DNA of 64,000 nucleotides from Felis catus. Taxonomy: Eukaryota. Of this stretch, positions 60,780-64,000 are shown one piece after another. The DNA lies in NCBI RefSeq assembly GCF_018350175.1, contig NC_058373.1, positions 114,268,001 to 114,332,000 of the forward strand. The letters are read 5' to 3'. The translations under genes were made by a program, and so were the position numbers. Numbering within the stretch: the first letter of the stretch is position 1; the number at the start of each line of letters is the position of its first letter. The notes below the pieces were generated by a model. The model searched no databases. It saw nothing but the letters and a program-made list of their open reading frames with translations, and had not been told where the DNA came from.

Positions 60780-60950
60780 GTTAGCATCTGAAGGTCTCCA
60801 TTTGCCCATCTGTAAATCAGGGATAATAATAATACCTACCTTATAGGGTTGTAGTAAGGATTAAATGAGGCCATGCATGGAAGCTGGCCAGTACCCTGAC
60901 TCTTCTATGGAAAGCACTCCACAAATGTGAGCTGACATTGTCAGTGATTA
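60780..60950 (+). mobile_element. MIR
   Basis: CCCATCTGTAAATCAGGGATAATAATAATACCTACCTTATAGGGTTGTAGTAAGGATTAAATGAG. Confidence 0.9.
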
Positions 60951-61519
60951 TATAGAAGACTTGTCCGTGGCGGTTGGCATCAGCAGGCTCTCCTTTTGAG
61001 GACTGTTTCGATAGCTGCTGAGCTGTCAGGGTGAGGCCCAAAATGGTGGTCATGTGTGAATTTGCATAAGCAACAAAGCTATGGCGGAGTCACAGAGGAC
61101 GGTCACCCAGGGGAGAAAGGAGGTTTCAGAGGGGAAGTCCCACTGTAGGTGAGGGGAATAAGATATACAGTGGCTCCCTCTAAGAGTGCAATCTGTCTCC
61201 ACTTCTCTAATTCAGTTGCAAACCATTACCTTCCCATTTGAAACTCCATAGACTGGGTCTTACATCTCTAGAAGTGGTAAGGGTTGCTTTCTCCCTGTGA
61301 TGAAAAGGCTGGCAGACCCCAGCACTCACTGGATGTGGAAAGAGGAAGGGTTACCAGTGGCCTCCTCAGGACTCTCGGGGTGAGTATCAGGACCTCTTAG
61401 GAGACACCTCCCACACCCAGATCCTCGCTCAGCCTTCTGACCCAACCTCAGCCTCCTGGACCTCTATCTGCTCCTGAACCTCAACCTAGCCAGAGTCCCT
61501 TGGGCTTTTTGAGAAGACT

Positions 61520-62270
61520 CTAGGTCAGTCCAACAAAAGCTGAGTCTCCCAAAGGATCAATTTGCTGAATGACAATTCTGAATCCACTAAATTCACTAAT
61601 TTCACAACAACCACTTGAATCTCCTCAATGAATATGTTTTTCTTAACAGCAATTTAAGGAATAGTCAATTTGTCAAAAGTTCAGAGACCTAGGATGATTT
61701 AATTTTCATATAAATATATTCTTCTATGAACAGATTTTCTTTTACATGTTAATAATGAAAATATTTTCTTTTTCTTATAAAGATATATGCAAGAAAAGTA
61801 TTCATGAAGAAAGTATTGAATTGAGTAGGAATATATTCTTTATGCATATTTACTGACATAGGCAGAATATAATCAGATGTTCTTGGAGAATATATTCATT
61901 GAATACGTTTCAGAAGATTACTGTTTGAAACGAGTTTAAGATACGTTTGCTGGGGCGCCTGGGTGGCGCAGTCGGTTAAGCGTCCGACTTCAGCCAGGTC
62001 ACGATCTCGCGGTCCGTGAGTTCGAGCCCCGCGTCAGGCTCTGGGCTGATGGCTCGGAGCCTGGAGCCTGTTTCCGATTCTGTGTCTCCCTCTCTCTCTG
62101 CCCCTCCCCCGTTCATGCTCTCTCTCTCTCTCTGTCCCAAAAATAAATAAACGTTGAAAAAAAAATTAAAAAAAAAAAAAGATACGTTTGCTAAATTGAC
62201 AAATTTGATAAATTCAAAGAATTGATGAACTGATTCCTGAGCACATTAGCTTCCAGAGAAAGCCTGCTTC
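61520..62270. mobile_element. Ancient AT-rich palindromic repeat (possibly MamRep605-like), interrupted by a CanSINE
   Basis: Degenerate inverted arms, e.g. TCAATGAATATGTTTTTC (about 61626) versus GGAGAATATATTCATTGA (about 61885); family assignment uncertain. Confidence 0.4.
61952..62178 (+). mobile_element. Very young CanSINE (SINEC_Fc-like)
   Basis: Perfect 14-bp TSD AAGATACGTTTGCT at 61938-61951 and 62179-62192; TT/AAGA endonuclease site; intact A and B boxes and CpGs. Confidence 0.98.
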
Positions 62271-62439
62271 TCAGGAGAGAAAATCAATTTCTCCCTCAGG
62301 GCCCAGCAATCAGTATGTTTAATATAAGGTCACTCAGATGTGAGTAAACCCCACACCTCACTTTCAGAATCAATTTCAGGGTCATAGGGAAAATGGCTAA
62401 TCATTAAGGGTTACTGTCATATGTAAAGGTAGCAATGTT

Positions 62440-63000
62440 TTTCTTCTTTTAGAGTGCTTTTAGATTATATAACATTAACACTAATTTTATAAAATAAAAC
62501 CACCTGTATTCTGCCATTCTAACACAACTATCTTTTTTGCAAACAGCTTTAAAATATCAGTACATACCTTACAGATTGACAAAATGTACATACTTTTTTA
62601 TATTCTACCTTTTCCATTTACTACCACATAAGAAATATTTTCCACCATTCTGCAAAAGCATTATCATTACCATTTCTAATGGTTGTATAATGTACCGTGT
62701 ACAGATTTGCTATAATCTATTCAACTAGTTTTCTAACATCTTCTATCTCTAGGTACTAAATTGTGGCCCATTTTTTAACAGCAGCAAGCGTCTTCGAACA
62801 TGCAGTTTGTTTCTTCGAACATGCAGCTTCCTTCCGTTGAATGATTTCCTTAGAATGCATTCCCAGGACTGGAATCCGTGGTGTGGTGGGAATCAACAAT
62901 TTAGAACGGAGTACAAGATCCAAAGACCATTCCTGGGATGACACGAAACATGAATATTGTAACCCTCCATCAATTCATACTCTGGGAGCCCGAGGAATGA
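62440..63000 (-). mobile_element. L1ME-type fragment
   Basis: CATTTCTAATGGTTGTATAATGTACC...TATAATCTATTCAACTAG; ORF 62756-62944(-) PTTPRIPVLGMHSKEII resembles L1 ORF2 PFDPAIPLLGIYPKEI. Confidence 0.7.
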
Positions 63001-64000
63001 GACTCACGGTTAGTTTTATGGATCAATTTAAGATTGGGTCATTGAAGAAGTTGGACAAGTAGGGATTCTGAGCTTCCTCCGGAATCATGATCTTTTGTAT
63101 CGGGAAGGACACTGTAGGTACTTAATGTCTTCCACTTTTGATGCATAATAAAGATATAGCACTTAGCTCATTAACAGCCTGGCATAAGTGAATTGCATCA
63201 TTAACACTCCTTGCCACATCACCCAACATGTCTAGGTAATATCCAGAGGCGTCCCACTGAGTCCCAAGACCTTGGGAAAGGTGGAGCCACCTCCCCCAGC
63301 TCCCATGCTACCCTCTCTCCAGCTGCTCTGCCAGTAGAAAATGGAAGGGGGATCTGGATGTAATGAAGACCATTAGCCAGTCTCACTTCCTATTTAAAGC
63401 TGATGTGGTGACAGTGTGCTGAGGAACCACGGAAAAGCAGGAGGAGAACTCTGGTTGCTCTCCAGATGTGCAACATAAGGAGGTCATTCTGATTTCACTT
63501 CCATGAAGACACGAGTTGCTCAACAAATAGTTGTTGATTGAGTAAATGAATTGACGGCTTTTGCCCAGCCTCGTAAACCCTCAGGCTCCCTGCTCCCCCA
63601 GGCTGCCTCGATGTGTTCTGTAGGGGGCGCTCTCACTGCAGCCTTCACTGCAGCAAACACCTGGGAAGCAAGCAGCTGCGTCTTCCTCCCTGGCAGTGCT
63701 GACCTTGGCTTTATATATCTCCTGGATCTGACCTCTTGGAAGCTGTCGACAATGCTCACTCTCAGCAGGTTTTCTGAGCCTGACAAAAGGCAGACGGATG
63801 GGCGCATCAAAGCACAAACTGTGTGCGCTGTTTATTAGCTGGTTGACCACTCTAGCAGCTACGGAGTCCCCCTTTCGTGAGGCATCACGGGAGCATCCCT
63901 CTGCCTGGAACCTGGAGCCCTGGTTCTCCCTGGTTGGCTGTCTTCTCTGCCTCTCTCCAGCCTGCTGGAGTTTTCCTCCCTGGCCGCCCAAGCAGCATCT

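Noticed and set aside
122..62178. Recurring ORFs of the MAQSVKRPTSAQVMIS type and repeated ~200-bp units as a gene family or CRISPR-like array
   Set aside because: All are translations of dispersed CanSINE copies; no regular repeat-spacer structure, and the DNA is mammalian.
1..64000. Assignment to a named gene locus
   Set aside because: No exon or landmark recognised with confidence; a BLAT search is needed.

Overview
Mammalian genomic DNA, most likely felid (cat-like): about 20 tRNA-Lys-derived CanSINEs are present, including young copies with Felis-type (SINEC_Fc-like) features. I find no protein-coding gene, functional RNA gene or CRISPR array. The only ORFs with recognisable homology are transposon fossils (Tigger1 transposase C-terminus, L1 ORF2 C-terminus); the rest look like chance ORFs in GC-rich non-coding DNA. 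Much of the window is interspersed repeat (CanSINE, L1MB/L1ME, L2, L3/CR1, MIR, ERVL/MaLR LTRs, and the DNA elements Tigger1, MER44, MER53, MER3, MER20, MER63 and MER102), often nested. Between them lie repeat-poor, motif-dense unique islands. The best is a CpG-rich promoter-like segment at about 46.2-46.8 kb (RFX X-box, paired TCF sites, NF-kB, PBX-HOX, TATA, splice donor). The window reads as intergenic or deep intronic regulatory landscape. I could not identify the locus and see no convincing new biological system. Repeat family names come from recalled consensus sequences, not from a database search, and boundaries of the old repeats are approximate.
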